Source of the DNA: Anaerolineae bacterium
Lineage (GTDB): Bacteria; Chloroflexota; Anaerolineae; S140-20
Assembly (NCBI GenBank): GCA_027021705.1
Contig: JALUTT010000145.1
Coordinates: 827 to 64,826 of the forward strand
Direction of reading: 5' to 3'
DNA length: 64,000 bases
Position 1 is the first letter of the stretch; every line of letters begins with the position of its first letter. The translations under genes were made by a program, and so were the position numbers. Under the pieces are notes generated by a model that was not told where the DNA came from, did not search any database, and saw only the letters and a list, made by a program, of their open reading frames with translations. Below, piece by piece: positions 17,544-29,917 of the stretch.

Positions 17544-19148
17544 TCACTCGATGGGGGGACCTGCTGCCATCACCTCCGGCCCCACGCGGCCGGCGAACTG
17601 CTGGAAGTTCTCGTGGAACATCTGGACCAACTGGCGGGCCTGTTCGTCGTAGGCCCGGGGGTCGGCCCAGGTCTCACGGGGGTGCAGCAGCCGGTCGGGC
17701 ACATCGGGGCAGTGGACGGGCACGGGGAGGCCAAAGATGGGGTCGGTTTCCGTGGGCACATCGTCCAGCTTCCCCTGCAGCGCAGCCCGCACCATCGCGC
17801 GGGTGTAGGGCAGCGCGATCCGCTCCCCCACGCCGTAGGGCCCCCCGGTCCAGCCGGTGTTGACCAGCCAGACCCGACTCTTGTGGCGGGTGATCCGTTC
17901 TCGCAACATCTCGGCGTAGACGACCGGGTGGAGGGGCAGGAAGGGCGCTCCGAAGCAGGCGCTAAAGGTCGCCTGCGGCTCGCGGATCCCCTTTTCCGTC
18001 CCGGCCACTCGGGCCGTATAACCCGACAGGAAGTGATAGAGGGCCTGATCCGGCGTCAGGCGGGCGATGGGAGGGAGCACGCCGAAGGCATCAGCGGTGA
18101 GGAAGACCACGTTGCGGGGGTGTCCCCCTACACCCTCTTCCACGATCCGGGGCAGGTAGTTGATGGGGTAAGCACCCCGCGTGTTCTCCGTCAAGGAATC
18201 GTCGTCCAGGTTCACCCGTCGGGTCTGGGGGTTGATGGTCACGTTCTCCAGGATGGTTCCGAAGCGGCGGGTCGTCTGGTAGATCTGGGGTTCGTTCTCC
18301 CGCGAGAGGCGGATCACCTTGGCGTAGCACCCGCCCTCGAAGTTGAAGACGCCGCCGTCGTGCCAGCCGTGCTCATCGTCCCCGATGAGCGCCCGCTCCG
18401 GGTCGGTCGAGAGGGTGGTCTTCCCCGTTCCCGAGAGGCCGAAGAAGAGGGCCACGTCGCCGTCCGGCCCCACGTTGGCCGAGCAGTGCATTGGCAGCAC
18501 CCCTTGGGCGGGCAGCAGGTAGTTGAGCACGGTGAAGATGGACTTCTTGATCTCACCGGCGTAGCTGGTCCCTCCGATGAGGATGAGCCCCCGCTCGATG
18601 TTGACGATGATGAAGACCTCCGAGTGGGTGTTGTCCAGCTCCGGCACAGCGTGGAAGCGGGGCGTGTGGATGATGGTGAAGCGGGGGACGTGGTCGCCCA
18701 ACTCCTCCCAGGTGGGCAGGATGAAGAGGTTGCGGGCGAAGAGGCTGTGCCAGGCGTACTCGGTGATCACCCGGATGGGCATCCGGTAGCGAGGGTCGGC
18801 ACCCGCAAAGAGGTCCTGGACGAAGATGTCCTTCCCCTGGAGGTAGGCCAGTTGGCGGCGGTAGAGGAGTTCGAAGTTCTCCTGGCTCATCGGTTGGTTG
18901 ACGTCTCCCCACCACACTTTTCCCTGGCTCTCCGGTCCCTCCACGATGAACTTGTCGCGGGGGGAGCGGCCCGTGTGGTGGCCGGTGCGGACGACCAGGG
19001 GACCCAGGTGGGCGATGAGCCCCTCGCGCCGACGGACGGCCTCCTCGTACAGGGTCGCCGTGGGCAGGTTCCAGTAGACCATGTTGACGTTCTTGATGCC
19101 GTGTTCTTCGACACCGTAGGAGCTAGGATTGCGACCGATGTACTGCAT
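17544..19148 (-). CDS. pckA: Phosphoenolpyruvate carboxykinase (ATP)
   Basis: 534 aa. P-loop [11 protein letters not shown]. Canonical PckA N-terminus and kinase-1a region. Confidence 0.95.
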   Translation of the reverse strand: MQYIGRNPSSYGVEEHGIKNVNMVYWNLPTATLYEEAVRRREGLIAHLGPLVVRTGHHTGRSPRDKFIVEGPESQGKVWWGDVNQPMSQENFELLYRRQLAYLQGKDIFVQDLFAGADPRYRMPIRVITEYAWHSLFARNLFILPTWEELGDHVPRFTIIHTPRFHAVPELDNTHSEVFIIVNIERGLILIGGTSYAGEIKKSIFTVLNYLLPAQGVLPMHCSANVGPDGDVALFFGLSGTGKTTLSTDPERALIGDDEHGWHDGGVFNFEGGCYAKVIRLSRENEPQIYQTTRRFGTILENVTINPQTRRVNLDDDSLTENTRGAYPINYLPRIVEEGVGGHPRNVVFLTADAFGVLPPIARLTPDQALYHFLSGYTARVAGTEKGIREPQATFSACFGAPFLPLHPVVYAEMLRERITRHKSRVWLVNTGWTGGPYGVGERIALPYTRAMVRAALQGKLDDVPTETDPIFGLPVPVHCPDVPDRLLHPRETWADPRAYDEQARQLVQMFHENFQQFAGRVGPEVMAAGPPIE

Positions 19149-19181
19149 ACTTCCCTCCGACTTGTTGTGATCTGCGATCTA

Positions 19182-19285
19182 CAATTCGCAACTTGCAACT
19201 TGCAACTTGCAACTTGCAATCTGCAACCTGCAACTTGCAACCTGCAACTTGTAACTTGCACCTTGCACCTTGCACCTTGCAACTT
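19182..19285. repeat. Tandem heptanucleotide array (CAACTTG, with CAACCTG/CACCTTG variants), about 15 copies, in the pckA 5' leader
   Basis: caacttg x4, caatctg, caacctg, caacttg ... caccttg x3. Confidence 0.95.
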
Positions 19286-19286
19286 T

Positions 19287-20285
19287 TCAGGTGACCACTT
19301 CCACCCGCAGAGCCTCCAGGACCGCCTGGATGGGGTTAATGAGCGTCGTAACGTCGGATCCGGCGAAGAGCAGGCCGACGACCCGGCGTTCCATGTCCAG
19401 AACCGCCGATCCCGAGTCCCCTGGGGCACTCATCGCCCCGGCCATCAACTGTCCCACGAAGGTGGCCGTTGGGCCGTTGTAATCCACCCGCACGGTGACA
19501 TCTATCTGGGTGATCTGACCGGTGGTCAGGCCGGTGGTGCGCCCCGATTTCTGCACTCGGGTGCCCAAGGTGGCCTCGGCGACACCGGTGGGGACGCCGA
19601 TCTCCAGGATGTCAGCGCTCACCAAGTCGCCGCTGAGGGGGCGGGCCAGGGCGGCGTCCACCCGGTTTTCCCCCTCAGCGGTGGGTTGAGCCGGGCGTCG
19701 CCCGCCGAGAAGTCCCCAGAGGGAGGCCGCGCAGCCGGGAGGCTGTGCGCCGAAGTCAATGGGCACGTAGTCGGCCAGTTCGGCAATCTTGTCGGCCTGG
19801 GTGCCGCCGTCGGCCGGCCCTGGTTGTAGGATGGCATCGCCTGGCCGGCCTTGGTTGATGTTGGCCAGAACGTGGTTATTGCTCAGGATGAAGTGCTGAT
19901 CCTCCCGGCGCACCAGACAGCCGAAGGTGCCCGCCGTGATGGCGTAATGGCCGACGGAGATCCCGGGCCGGGCGGGTCGCCATCGGTCCTGATGCCCCTG
20001 GAAGGCCCGGATCACGCCCGTTTCGACGACGTCGGTGGGAACACCGTCCACCATTTTGGGGACCAGGTCTTCGCGGGACAACTGGGCCACGGGGAGCTTC
20101 TGAGTGACCGAGACGATGACGGCCAGCTCATCGGTCACCTGACCGCCGGTGATCTTGTAGCCGATGCCACAGGCCACCGTATTGCGCTTCCGTAGCAGGT
20201 CCATCCCATAAGTCAGTTTCACGGACCGGGCCGCCTCCATCGTGACACGCATTGCTCTAGCTCCTTTCTCTACCCAGGGCCGCAC
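19287..20285 (-). CDS. Trypsin-like (S1 family) serine peptidase
   Basis: His motif SNNHVL. Ser motif GDSGSAV. No PDZ domain evident. Confidence 0.65.
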   Translation of the reverse strand: MRPWVEKGARAMRVTMEAARSVKLTYGMDLLRKRNTVACGIGYKITGGQVTDELAVIVSVTQKLPVAQLSREDLVPKMVDGVPTDVVETGVIRAFQGHQDRWRPARPGISVGHYAITAGTFGCLVRREDQHFILSNNHVLANINQGRPGDAILQPGPADGGTQADKIAELADYVPIDFGAQPPGCAASLWGLLGGRRPAQPTAEGENRVDAALARPLSGDLVSADILEIGVPTGVAEATLGTRVQKSGRTTGLTTGQITQIDVTVRVDYNGPTATFVGQLMAGAMSAPGDSGSAVLDMERRVVGLLFAGSDVTTLINPIQAVLEALRVEVVT

Positions 20286-20420
20286 GCTCGGGGAAGATGA
20301 TGTGGGCTCATTTTACTCGAATCTGCCCCGGATGCAAATCACCCGTTGGGGCAGGGTGACCGGTGATGCTCCCGTTTTTATGGGTTGGTGTTGAAAAGCT
20401 CCGTTGGTGTGGCAAATTGG

Positions 20421-20449
20421 TTGACGCGCAAAACCAGGTGTGCTATAAT
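20421..20449 (+). promoter_or_regulatory. Near-consensus sigma-70-type promoter (TTGACG-17-TATAAT) driving a roughly 420-nt C-rich leader of rho
   Basis: TTGACG at 20421-20426, 17-nt spacer, TATAAT at 20444-20449. Confidence 0.6.
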
Positions 20450-20872
20450 TGGGGCAACATTGCCTCAGCTTATACGATCATCGCAGGCATTCCAGGTGGG
20501 AGCCTGTATGTGCCTCGTTTGACGAAGCACCTCCCCTCAACGACCCAAGAGCTCTCCTAAATGGTACAATCCTGAGAAGCCATCATTGCATATCTCGTCT
20601 CAACCTCTGCCAAGGGGAAGACGAAACGTTTCGTCCGACGTGGACTGATCTCCCCACGGTCGGCTTCTTATGCCTGACCGGCTTGGGCTCCCGTCCTGGA
20701 TCTCACCTGGACAACAGCCCCAGGATGTAGGCAGATCCCGTTGGAAGTGGAATTGCCCTCCGGAAGGAACCCTCCTGAACGCCTGGAAGGCCCTGGGTCC
20801 CTCTGGGAGGTCCTGCTATGGGCACACCCCCTGCTGTGAATCCCCGGGGGAAAACCGATTTTCTGATCAGGA

Positions 20873-22168
20873 GTGAATGCCGTGGACCTAGATATTGCTG
20901 AACTGGAAACGCGCACGTTGCACGAATTGCGAGAGCTGGCCCGAGAAATGGGGGTATCGGGCTACAGCCGCTTGAAGAAAGACGAACTCATCCTCCGCCT
21001 TTTGCGGGCCAAGGCGGAACAACAGGGCCTCATCTTTGGAGGCGGTATCCTGGACATCGTGGATGAGGGGGTGGGGTTCCTCCGTTCCGATCACTACCTG
21101 CCCGGCCCCGAGGATGTCTACGTCTCCCAGTCGCAGATCCGGCGCTTCGGCCTGCGCACGGGCGATATGGTCGTCGGCCAGGTTCGCCCTCCCAAGGAGA
21201 ACGAGAAATACTACAGCCTGCTCCGTGTGGAGGCGGTGAACGGCCTGGATCCAGAGCAGGCCAAGTATCGCCCCCATTTCGATCGGCTGACCCCCATCTT
21301 CCCCAACGAACTCCTGGACTTGGAGACGGACTCCAACAACCTGACCACCCGGTTGCTCAACCTGATCGCCCCCATCGGTCGGGGACAGCGTGGTCTGATC
21401 GTTTCCCCCCCCAAGGCGGGCAAGACCACCGTCCTGAAGCACATCGCCAACGCCGTCTCGGCCCGCTATCGGGACATCCACCTGATGGTCTGCCTCATCG
21501 GAGAGCGGCCCGAGGAGGTGACCGATATGGATCGTTCCGTGGAGGCGGAGGTGATCAGTTCCACCTTTGACGACCCGGTCGAGAACCACGCCCGGGTGGC
21601 TGAGATGGCTCTGGAGCGGGCCAAGCGGTTGGTGGAGTGTGGCCGCCACGTGATGATCCTCCTGGACTCGATCACCCGCCTCTCCCGGGCCTACAACCTG
21701 ATCGTCCCCCCCAGTGGGCGTACACTTTCAGGAGGTCTGGACCCGGCAGCCCTCTATCCTCCCAAGCGTTTCTTCGGATCGGCCCGCAACATCGAGGAGG
21801 GAGGGAGCCTGACCATCATTGCCACCTGCCTGGTGGACACGGGCAGCCGGATGGACGATATGATTTACGAGGAGTTCAAGGGGACGGGCAACATGGAGCT
21901 CCACCTGAGTCGGCGGCTGCAAGAGCGCCGTATCTTCCCCGCCTTCGACATCGAGCGCTCTGGCACGCGCCGGGAGGACCTGCTCCTGGACCCGGATACA
22001 TTGGCCAAGGTGTGGACGATGCGGCGGATGTTCACCCAGTTGACCACGCCGCCGCCTTCGGGGGCCGGCTACGACATCGCGACGGCCACGGAGGCCCTGC
22101 TGAACCGGCTGCGGCGCACCAAGACCAACAAGGAGTTTCTCGACACACTGCACAAGGATGCGCTGTAG
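20873..22168 (+). CDS. rho: Transcription termination factor Rho
   Basis: 431 aa. N-terminal RNA-binding domain. RecA-like ATPase with [23 protein letters not shown] start after ribosome-binding site CAGGAG. Confidence 0.95.
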   Translation: MNAVDLDIAELETRTLHELRELAREMGVSGYSRLKKDELILRLLRAKAEQQGLIFGGGILDIVDEGVGFLRSDHYLPGPEDVYVSQSQIRRFGLRTGDMVVGQVRPPKENEKYYSLLRVEAVNGLDPEQAKYRPHFDRLTPIFPNELLDLETDSNNLTTRLLNLIAPIGRGQRGLIVSPPKAGKTTVLKHIANAVSARYRDIHLMVCLIGERPEEVTDMDRSVEAEVISSTFDDPVENHARVAEMALERAKRLVECGRHVMILLDSITRLSRAYNLIVPPSGRTLSGGLDPAALYPPKRFFGSARNIEEGGSLTIIATCLVDTGSRMDDMIYEEFKGTGNMELHLSRRLQERRIFPAFDIERSGTRREDLLLDPDTLAKVWTMRRMFTQLTTPPPSGAGYDIATATEALLNRLRRTKTNKEFLDTLHKDAL

Positions 22169-22210
22169 CGAGGACAGGTAGGCTTGCGAGAGTTCGGTCC
22201 ACAGCGACAA

Positions 22211-22250
22211 GCCCCATCCCTGCGAGCCGCGGGATGGGGCTTCTTTGTGG
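22211..22250 (+). terminator. Intrinsic terminator between convergent rho and histidine-kinase genes
   Basis: gccccatccc-tgcgagccgc-gggatggggc followed by ttctttgtgg. Confidence 0.6.
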
Positions 22251-22271
22251 CCTCTTTCCTTGCAGAGCAGG

Positions 22272-25037
22272 CTAAGGGGGGGAGGGACCGGAGACCGGCT
22301 GCAAGGCTGTCTCGATCTCGTCCAGCAGCTCTCCGATGCTGAAGGGCTTGGGGAGGAAGGCGGCGGCTCCCAGAGCGATGAGGCGCTTGCGCTCCTGATC
22401 CACGTCGGCCACGTGGGCCGAAATGGCCACGATGGGGATGGTCTGGGTCACCGCGTCTCGCTTCAGGTGCGTCAGGGCCTCGTACCCGTCCATGCCGGGC
22501 AGGCGCAGGTCCAGCAGGATCAGGTCGGGCCGGTGGCGGCGGGCCATTGCCAGGGCCTCGTAGCCATCGGCGGCCACCAGCGGCGTGAAGCCGATCCGGC
22601 GCATCGTGGCGGAGAGCAATCCCACGGTGTCGGCGTCGTCCTCGACGATGAGGACCCGACCCTGCCAGGTCAGCGCCTCCTCCACGCTGTGCAGCAGTTC
22701 TTCTTCCTCGATAGGCTTGGTCAGGTAATCCACAGCCCCCAGGCCCCGGGCCGTCCCATCGTCGGGCACGATGGTCAGGACGACGACGGGGATGTCCGCC
22801 GTGGTCGAGTTCTCCTTCAGCTTGCGGAGCACTTCCAGTCCATCAATGTCCGGGAGGAGCAGGTCCAGGAGGATGAGGTCGGGCTGTTTCTCTTCGGCCC
22901 AGGTGACGACGGAGCGACCGCTCCCCAGGACGAGGACCCGATAACCGCTGTTCTCCAGGTGCATCTTGATGAGGTTGGCGATGTCGGGGTCGTCGTCCAC
23001 CACCAGGATGGTGCGCATACGGGCCATTAGGTGGGGCATGGGGCGACGCCCTTCGTCCTCCTCCATCCGCGTGGGCACGGGCAGGATGAAGGTGAAGGTG
23101 CTCCCTTTGCCCAGCTCGCTCTCCACCCAGACCCGCCCGCCGTGCATCTCCACGAACATCTTGACGATGGGGAGCCCCAGGCCGGTCCCGCTGGTCTCTT
23201 GGACCAAAGGGTGATCGGCCCGGTAGAACCGCTCGAAGATGCGCCCCAGGTCCTCCGGTGCGATACCGATGCCCGTATCCCGCACGTCCACACGCACCGC
23301 GCCCTCGACGAGGTAAGCCCGCACCTCGATGGTTCCCCCTTCGGGAGTGTACCGGATGGCGTTGCTGACCAGGTTCGTAAGCACCTGGTTCAACCGATCC
23401 CGATCCCCCATAATTTCGGGGAGTCCTCCCATCACCTCGTAGGTGAGTGTCTGGTGCTTGGCCTCGGCCTGGCCAGCGAGGGCATTGACCACGTCGGCGA
23501 TCACCTCGCCGATCTGCACCGGCCGGGGTTCGAAGCGAACCCGCCCGGTCTCCACCCGTGATATGTCCAGCAGGTCGTTGATCAGCGCCGTCAACCGGTC
23601 CGTGTTGCTCTTGATGATCTGGAGAAACCGCTTCTGCTCGGCGTTGATGGGACCGACGGCACCGGCGTAGAGCAGGTCTGTGTACCCCTTGATGGCGGTC
23701 ATCGGAGTGCGGAGTTCGTGGGAGACGGTGGAGACGAACTCACTCTTGGCTCGATCCGCTTCCACCTCCTTGGTGATGTCCCGGAAGATGATGACCACGC
23801 CCAGGAACTCCTCGCGGCGGGTGAGGACAGGGGAGAGGTGGGCGTGGATGACGCGGTTGTCAATCTCCAGGATCGTCTTAAAGGCTTTGCTCACCCCCAG
23901 GTCGGAGGTGCTCAGGAGCGTCTCCATCGCGGTCGTTGCCTCTTCCCGTCCCTGAGCGCTGAAGGCAGAGAAGAGGGCGTGGAAGTCGTGGCCGATGAGC
24001 TGCTTCGCCGAGGTCCCCAAGATGCGCTCGGCAGCCGGGTTCACCAGGATGATCCGCCCCTCGGTATTGCTCACGACGACGCCATCGGCGATGGAGGTGA
24101 GGATGGCCTGACTTTTGGTCCCTTCCTCCTGTTGATGGCGGAGCATCTGGCCCAGTTCCTGGGCCTGGCGGCTGATCAGGCGATAGACCTCGGCGTTGCC
24201 GATGGCGGTGGCGATCTGGCTGAGGACGGTGCGGAGCAACCGGACGTGGGTAGCGTCGAAAGCGCCGGCTCGGGGGCTGGCCACGGCCAGGAGACCCCGG
24301 AACTCCCCGTTGGCGACCAACGGAGCGACGATCAGCGCCCGCACCCGTTCGCCGGCCAATTGGTTGAGCCAGGTTTCGGCTCCCTCAGCCTGCAGGTCGT
24401 CCACGATGAGCAGGGGGTCCGGCTGTCCCAATTGCCACTCTGAGGGGATCGCTCGTAGGGGCACGTCGCCGCCGTCCCAGTTGATGGTGGCCTCGACGGT
24501 CACTTTGCCGGCGGCACCGTCCACCAGGAAGACGGCTCCCTTCTCCGCCGCGATGGCCGAGGTCACCTCGGCCAGGGTTTTCTGCAGCACCCGGGGCAGG
24601 TCCAAGCTGGAGGTCAACTCTCGGGTGATCTCGTAGAGCGTTTCCAACTGCGCCTTCGCCGTCGCCAGTTGTTCAGCCCTGTCGGCGAAGTAGCGGGCCA
24701 GGGCCGTGGAGATCTCGGCGCGGTAGTGGATGGCCCGAGAGGGGTCTTCTTCGGGAGGGAGCATGGTCTGGATCGTGCTGGAGAGACCTTCAGCAATGGC
24801 AAAGACCTCGGAGGGGGCCAGCCCATGCTGGGTCACTACCTGGTCAACCCAGCGGTACGCCTTTTCCGACAGCGGCTCTGCTCCATCCGTGATAAGGGTT
24901 TCCAGGAGGGAGTTCCAGACAGCGAGGCCCTTATGGGAGGTGGCGAGATGGGGCGATGCCGTTTGAATGGCAGCCGGCCATTGAGCCTCGATTTCGGCTT
25001 TGTGCTGGCGCAACCATGAAAAAAAATCCCAACCCAT
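22272..25037 (-). CDS. Hybrid sensor histidine kinase (GAF/PAS sensory region, HisKA + HATPase_c, two C-terminal receiver domains)
   Basis: 921 aa. H-box SHELRTPMTAIKGY. G-boxes. Two REC domains with conserved Asp (VLVVDDDPD...; VLIVEDDADT...). Confidence 0.88.
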   Translation of the reverse strand: MGWDFFSWLRQHKAEIEAQWPAAIQTASPHLATSHKGLAVWNSLLETLITDGAEPLSEKAYRWVDQVVTQHGLAPSEVFAIAEGLSSTIQTMLPPEEDPSRAIHYRAEISTALARYFADRAEQLATAKAQLETLYEITRELTSSLDLPRVLQKTLAEVTSAIAAEKGAVFLVDGAAGKVTVEATINWDGGDVPLRAIPSEWQLGQPDPLLIVDDLQAEGAETWLNQLAGERVRALIVAPLVANGEFRGLLAVASPRAGAFDATHVRLLRTVLSQIATAIGNAEVYRLISRQAQELGQMLRHQQEEGTKSQAILTSIADGVVVSNTEGRIILVNPAAERILGTSAKQLIGHDFHALFSAFSAQGREEATTAMETLLSTSDLGVSKAFKTILEIDNRVIHAHLSPVLTRREEFLGVVIIFRDITKEVEADRAKSEFVSTVSHELRTPMTAIKGYTDLLYAGAVGPINAEQKRFLQIIKSNTDRLTALINDLLDISRVETGRVRFEPRPVQIGEVIADVVNALAGQAEAKHQTLTYEVMGGLPEIMGDRDRLNQVLTNLVSNAIRYTPEGGTIEVRAYLVEGAVRVDVRDTGIGIAPEDLGRIFERFYRADHPLVQETSGTGLGLPIVKMFVEMHGGRVWVESELGKGSTFTFILPVPTRMEEDEGRRPMPHLMARMRTILVVDDDPDIANLIKMHLENSGYRVLVLGSGRSVVTWAEEKQPDLILLDLLLPDIDGLEVLRKLKENSTTADIPVVVLTIVPDDGTARGLGAVDYLTKPIEEEELLHSVEEALTWQGRVLIVEDDADTVGLLSATMRRIGFTPLVAADGYEALAMARRHRPDLILLDLRLPGMDGYEALTHLKRDAVTQTIPIVAISAHVADVDQERKRLIALGAAAFLPKPFSIGELLDEIETALQPVSGPSPP

Positions 25038-25323
25038 ATCACTCCTCGGAGCTTGTCCCCGTAGAGGCTACTGCCTCCCAAGCGAGGTACGATCGGTCGT
25101 CGGTGAGGGTTAGCCATACTGGGATGATAGCACAAGGTCTCATAGAAGGCAAGGGGACAATCGCTCCTGCCAGGGTACAAGGTGCAATTTTAGGGAGAGA
25201 CGAGGGCAATGCCCTCGCCCGGTGGGGCAGGGTGTAGTTTTCCTTGTTCATTGTATCCTCGCCCCTCGGCGGACGGGTTACAAATTCGTTACGGTTGGGT
25301 GACAGCTTGGTTTTCGTTGGCGC

Positions 25324-25352
25324 TTGACGGTGGGGCCGATATATGGTAAAAC
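25324..25352 (+). promoter_or_regulatory. Candidate promoter (TTGACG-17-TGgTAAAAC extended -10) for the DUF4177 gene
   Basis: TTGACG at 25324-25329. TG at 25344-25345 and TAAAAC at 25347-25352. Confidence 0.35.
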
Positions 25353-25414
25353 CAACATAATCGTTCAGGAGACGAATGGCCCGGTGTGCCGCTGCAGGCG
25401 GAGGAGGAGTTCCA

Positions 25415-25765
25415 ATGCAGCAATGGGAGTATTGTGAGCTACGCCTCGACATCAGCGGTACGGTGATGATTCGCCAGTCGGTCCGTTTCTACCAGGTTGA
25501 GGGACCTTCTCGGGAGATCATCGTGTCCAGCCGGGACCAGGCCATCGCCGAGTTGGGATTGGCGGGTTGGGAGATGGTAGGTGTCGCGGGTTCCCTGATG
25601 CAGGATGGTGGTGGGTTGAGCCTTTTCTTCAAGCGCCCCTTGCCCTCTTCGGACGAGACGAGCGCCCCTTCTGGTGTGGAAGCTCGCAGCCGTGTGCCCT
25701 TGCCGGCTGATCCCAGCGAGGAGAACGACGATGCAGACACCCCCCACACCCCAGTCCTCGACTAA
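25415..25765 (+). CDS. DUF4177-like small protein
   Basis: MQQWEYCELRLD...GWEMVGV...FFKRP resembles the DUF4177 signature. Ribosome-binding site AGGAG. Confidence 0.55.
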   Translation: MQQWEYCELRLDISGTVMIRQSVRFYQVEGPSREIIVSSRDQAIAELGLAGWEMVGVAGSLMQDGGGLSLFFKRPLPSSDETSAPSGVEARSRVPLPADPSEENDDADTPHTPVLD

Positions 25766-26396
25766 GGTTCGTCTATTGCTGGCCATCGCCCTGGGCAGTG
25801 GGGCCGGCCTGATCGCTGGGCTGTTGATCTCAGCAGCTATCATCTTCCTACTCCTGGTTCGGGTTCCAACGGCTCCCCAGCAGACCGAAGGGGCCAATCC
25901 GACGGTGCCGGGTGGGACGGCTCCACCCTCCACATCCCTGCCTGAGGTATCTCCCTCACCCTCTCTCTCCTCTCCTACGCCCACGTTTCTCCCGAGCCCC
26001 ACGGCGACGCCTCAACCCCCGATCCAGGTGACCGTTCCGTCGTCACCGCCACCGCCTCCTCCGACGCCCACGGAGCCGACGGCGGTGGTGACGCCAACGG
26101 CCACCTCTACCCCGGCTCCCCTCGACTTCACGACCCCGGAACTGGTCGAATGGTCGGTGGACCCGGAGAGGGGGGAATGGCGAGGCGTGCTGGCTTTCAC
26201 ACCCAGCGGCGGCGATGGCACCTACCGTTACTACCGGGACGTGGTCAGCCCTGAGACCGAGTTCTTCGATGCCCGGCTGGAGTTCGTCTGGGCTCGCTGC
26301 AAGCCGGCGATTCTGACCATCATCGTCCAGTCAGCGGGTCAGGAGAAGCGTTGGAAAGGGTTCATCCCCTATCCCAATCCGGACGAATGCCAATGA
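25731..26396 (+). CDS. Hypothetical membrane-anchored protein with a Pro/Thr-rich linker
   Basis: Transmembrane helix LLLAIALGSGAGLIAGLLISAAIIFLLL. PT-rich spacer. Conserved-looking C-terminal domain. Overlaps the previous gene by 35 nt. Confidence 0.5.
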   Translation: MQTPPTPQSSTKVRLLLAIALGSGAGLIAGLLISAAIIFLLLVRVPTAPQQTEGANPTVPGGTAPPSTSLPEVSPSPSLSSPTPTFLPSPTATPQPPIQVTVPSSPPPPPPTPTEPTAVVTPTATSTPAPLDFTTPELVEWSVDPERGEWRGVLAFTPSGGDGTYRYYRDVVSPETEFFDARLEFVWARCKPAILTIIVQSAGQEKRWKGFIPYPNPDECQ

Positions 26397-26570
26397 TAGG
26401 ACTGCGGTGATTACCTACAAGTGAGCGAGAGAGTGGTCCGTAGCAGGCCGTCACGAATTTCTCACAAATGCCCGAATGAGGTGGTCCTTAATTCGTGTAT
26501 TCGTGCCCCATTCGTAGACGGCTAGTCTCCTTATCTCCAAAGATATGGGTAATCACCGGATAGGACTCCG

Positions 26571-27802
<1,232 letters not shown>

Positions 27803-27966
27803 GCGCATCCCGTTCCGGTCACCATCGCTCGATAACCTGTCGGCAAGCAGGGGCGCACGACCGTGCGCCCTTGCTCCAGCCCCTTCCCGGCTTCCTTCCT
27901 GGATTGGACACGAGCGATGAAATGGGACCCGAATGAGCACGGGGAGAACCATCAGGAGAGCAGACG

Positions 27967-29154
27967 ATGAACAAGAAGACCCTGCGGGACGTGGAGGTGC
28001 AGGACCGGCGCGTCCTGGTCCGCGTGGACTTCAACGTCCCCATTCAAGAGGGACGGGTGACCGATGATACCCGCCTGCGGGCTGCCCTGCCCACCCTCCA
28101 GTACCTGCTGGACCACGGCGCGGCCGTCATCCTGGTCTCTCACCTGGGACGACCGAAGGGGAAGGTCGTGGAGGCTCTGCGGATGGACCCGGTGGCGGCC
28201 CGGCTTTCCGAACTGCTGGGCCGGCCCGTCCGCAAGCTGGATGACTGCGTCGGCCCTCAGGTCGAGGAAGCCGTGGCGGCCATGCAGCCGGGCGACGTCA
28301 TCCTGCTGGAGAACAGCCGCTTCCACCCGGAGGAGCGGGCGAACGACGAGGCTTTCGCCCGTCGGTTGGCGGCTCTGGCCGATCTCTACGTCAACGACGC
28401 TTTCGGCTCGGCCCACCGAGCCCATGCCACAACGGAGGGAGTGGCCCGTGCGATGCGGGCCCAGGGGAAACCGGCGGTCGCCGGTTTCCTGATGGAAAAA
28501 GAGTTGACCTACCTGAGCCGAGCTACCGAGGCCCCCGAGCATCCCTACGTCGTCATCCTGGGCGGGGCCAAGGTCTCCGACAAGATCGGCGTCATCCGCA
28601 ACCTGTTGACCCACTGCGATCGGCTCCTCATCGGGGGGGGCATGGCCAACACCTTCTTCAAAGCCCAGGGCTACGCGATGGCCGATTCCTTGGTCGAGGA
28701 GGAAGCGGTCGAAGATGCCAGGACACTCTTGGAGGAGGCGGAGGAAAAGCTGGTCCTGCCGGTGGACCTGGTGATCGCCGACGCCTTCGCCAACGATGCC
28801 CGGCGGAAGACCATCCCCGTCGGCGATGTGCCCGACGGCTGGCGGGTCTTGGACATCGGTCCGCAAACCCTGGAACGGTTCCGAGAAGCCCTGGAGGGGG
28901 CCCGGCTGGTGGTCTGGAACGGGCCGATGGGGGTCTTCGAATTCCCCAATTTCGCCCAGGGGACCTTCGCCTTGGCCCGTCTCCTGGCCGAGGGCGATGC
29001 GGTGACCATCGTCGGGGGAGGCGATTCGGCAGCAGCCGTCAACCAATCGGGCCTGGCGGACCGGTTCACCCACATCTCCACGGGAGGAGGGGCCAGCCTG
29101 GAGTTCCTGGAGGGGAAGACCCTCCCCGGCGTGGCCGCCTTGGACGATCGGTAG
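27967..29154 (+). CDS. pgk: Phosphoglycerate kinase
   Basis: 395 aa. Canonical N-terminus (RVDFNVP) and C-terminal GGGASLE. Confidence 0.95.
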   Translation: MNKKTLRDVEVQDRRVLVRVDFNVPIQEGRVTDDTRLRAALPTLQYLLDHGAAVILVSHLGRPKGKVVEALRMDPVAARLSELLGRPVRKLDDCVGPQVEEAVAAMQPGDVILLENSRFHPEERANDEAFARRLAALADLYVNDAFGSAHRAHATTEGVARAMRAQGKPAVAGFLMEKELTYLSRATEAPEHPYVVILGGAKVSDKIGVIRNLLTHCDRLLIGGGMANTFFKAQGYAMADSLVEEEAVEDARTLLEEAEEKLVLPVDLVIADAFANDARRKTIPVGDVPDGWRVLDIGPQTLERFREALEGARLVVWNGPMGVFEFPNFAQGTFALARLLAEGDAVTIVGGGDSAAAVNQSGLADRFTHISTGGGASLEFLEGKTLPGVAALDDR

Positions 29155-29157
29155 TGT

Positions 29158-29196
29158 CATCCTCCCGCAGGTCATTGGAGGCGCTGCGGGAGGGTC
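29158..29196. repeat. REP-like palindrome (CCTCCCGCAGG / CCTGCGGGAGG arms) immediately after pgk
   Basis: cctcccgcag-gtcattggaggcg-ctgcgggagg. Same arm sequence as the MITE-like elements at 33004 and 57478. Confidence 0.7.
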
Positions 29197-29215
29197 AGTA
29201 GTCGGGAGAAGGGGG

Positions 29216-29917
29216 ATGACCACTATCCTTGTGGTAGATGATGACGACATCGTGGCCAAGAGCATCGAGTTGAGCCTGCGGCGGCAGGGGTTCAACGTCC
29301 TCATCGCTCACACAGGTGTGGAAGGGCTCAAGACAGCCCGGCGTGCTCCGCCTGACCTGATCATCCTGGATGTCATTATGCCCGGTATGGACGGGTTCGA
29401 GGTCTGTCGCCAGCTGCGGGAGGACCCCTTGCTGAGCGACATCCCTGTCCTCTTCCTCACAGCCCGGGGGAAGACGGAGGACAAGATCGCCGGCTTCCGG
29501 GTGGGGGCCGATGACTACCTGAGCAAGCCCTTCAACCTGGAGGAGATGATCCTGCGGGTGAAGGCGATCCTGCGCCGGACCCAGCCCTCTGCCAGCGCCC
29601 GTCCACGCCCCCGTCAACTCCAGGTCGGTCAACTCACCCTCGATTGTCGGACCTACGAGTTGACGACGCCGGAGAAGCGGGTGCTCCTGACGCCCATCCA
29701 GTTCGATCTGCTCTACCACCTGATGAGTCATCCGGGAGAGATCTTCTCACCGGAGCGGCTCTTGCGGGAAGTGTGGGATTACCCCTACGACGCGGGTAGT
29801 CCTGAACTGGTCCGGGTTCACGTGCGCAACATCCGGGAGCGGATTGAGCCGGACCCTCGCAACCCTACTTATCTGCGCACGGTGCCGGGTCATGGCTACA
29901 CCATTGCGACGGAGTGA
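29216..29917 (+). CDS. Two-component response regulator, OmpR/PhoB family (REC + winged-helix)
   Basis: ILVVDDDD...LIILDVIMPGMDG receiver. C-terminal trans_reg_C ([10 protein letters not shown]). Confidence 0.9.
   Translation: MTTILVVDDDDIVAKSIELSLRRQGFNVLIAHTGVEGLKTARRAPPDLIILDVIMPGMDGFEVCRQLREDPLLSDIPVLFLTARGKTEDKIAGFRVGADDYLSKPFNLEEMILRVKAILRRTQPSASARPRPRQLQVGQLTLDCRTYELTTPEKRVLLTPIQFDLLYHLMSHPGEIFSPERLLREVWDYPYDAGSPELVRVHVRNIRERIEPDPRNPTYLRTVPGHGYTIATE

Noticed and set aside
25039-25452. 137-aa ORF on the minus strand between the histidine kinase and the DUF4177 gene.
   Set aside because: It lies in a divergent promoter region, has biased composition, no ribosome-binding site, and overlaps the candidate DUF4177 promoter.
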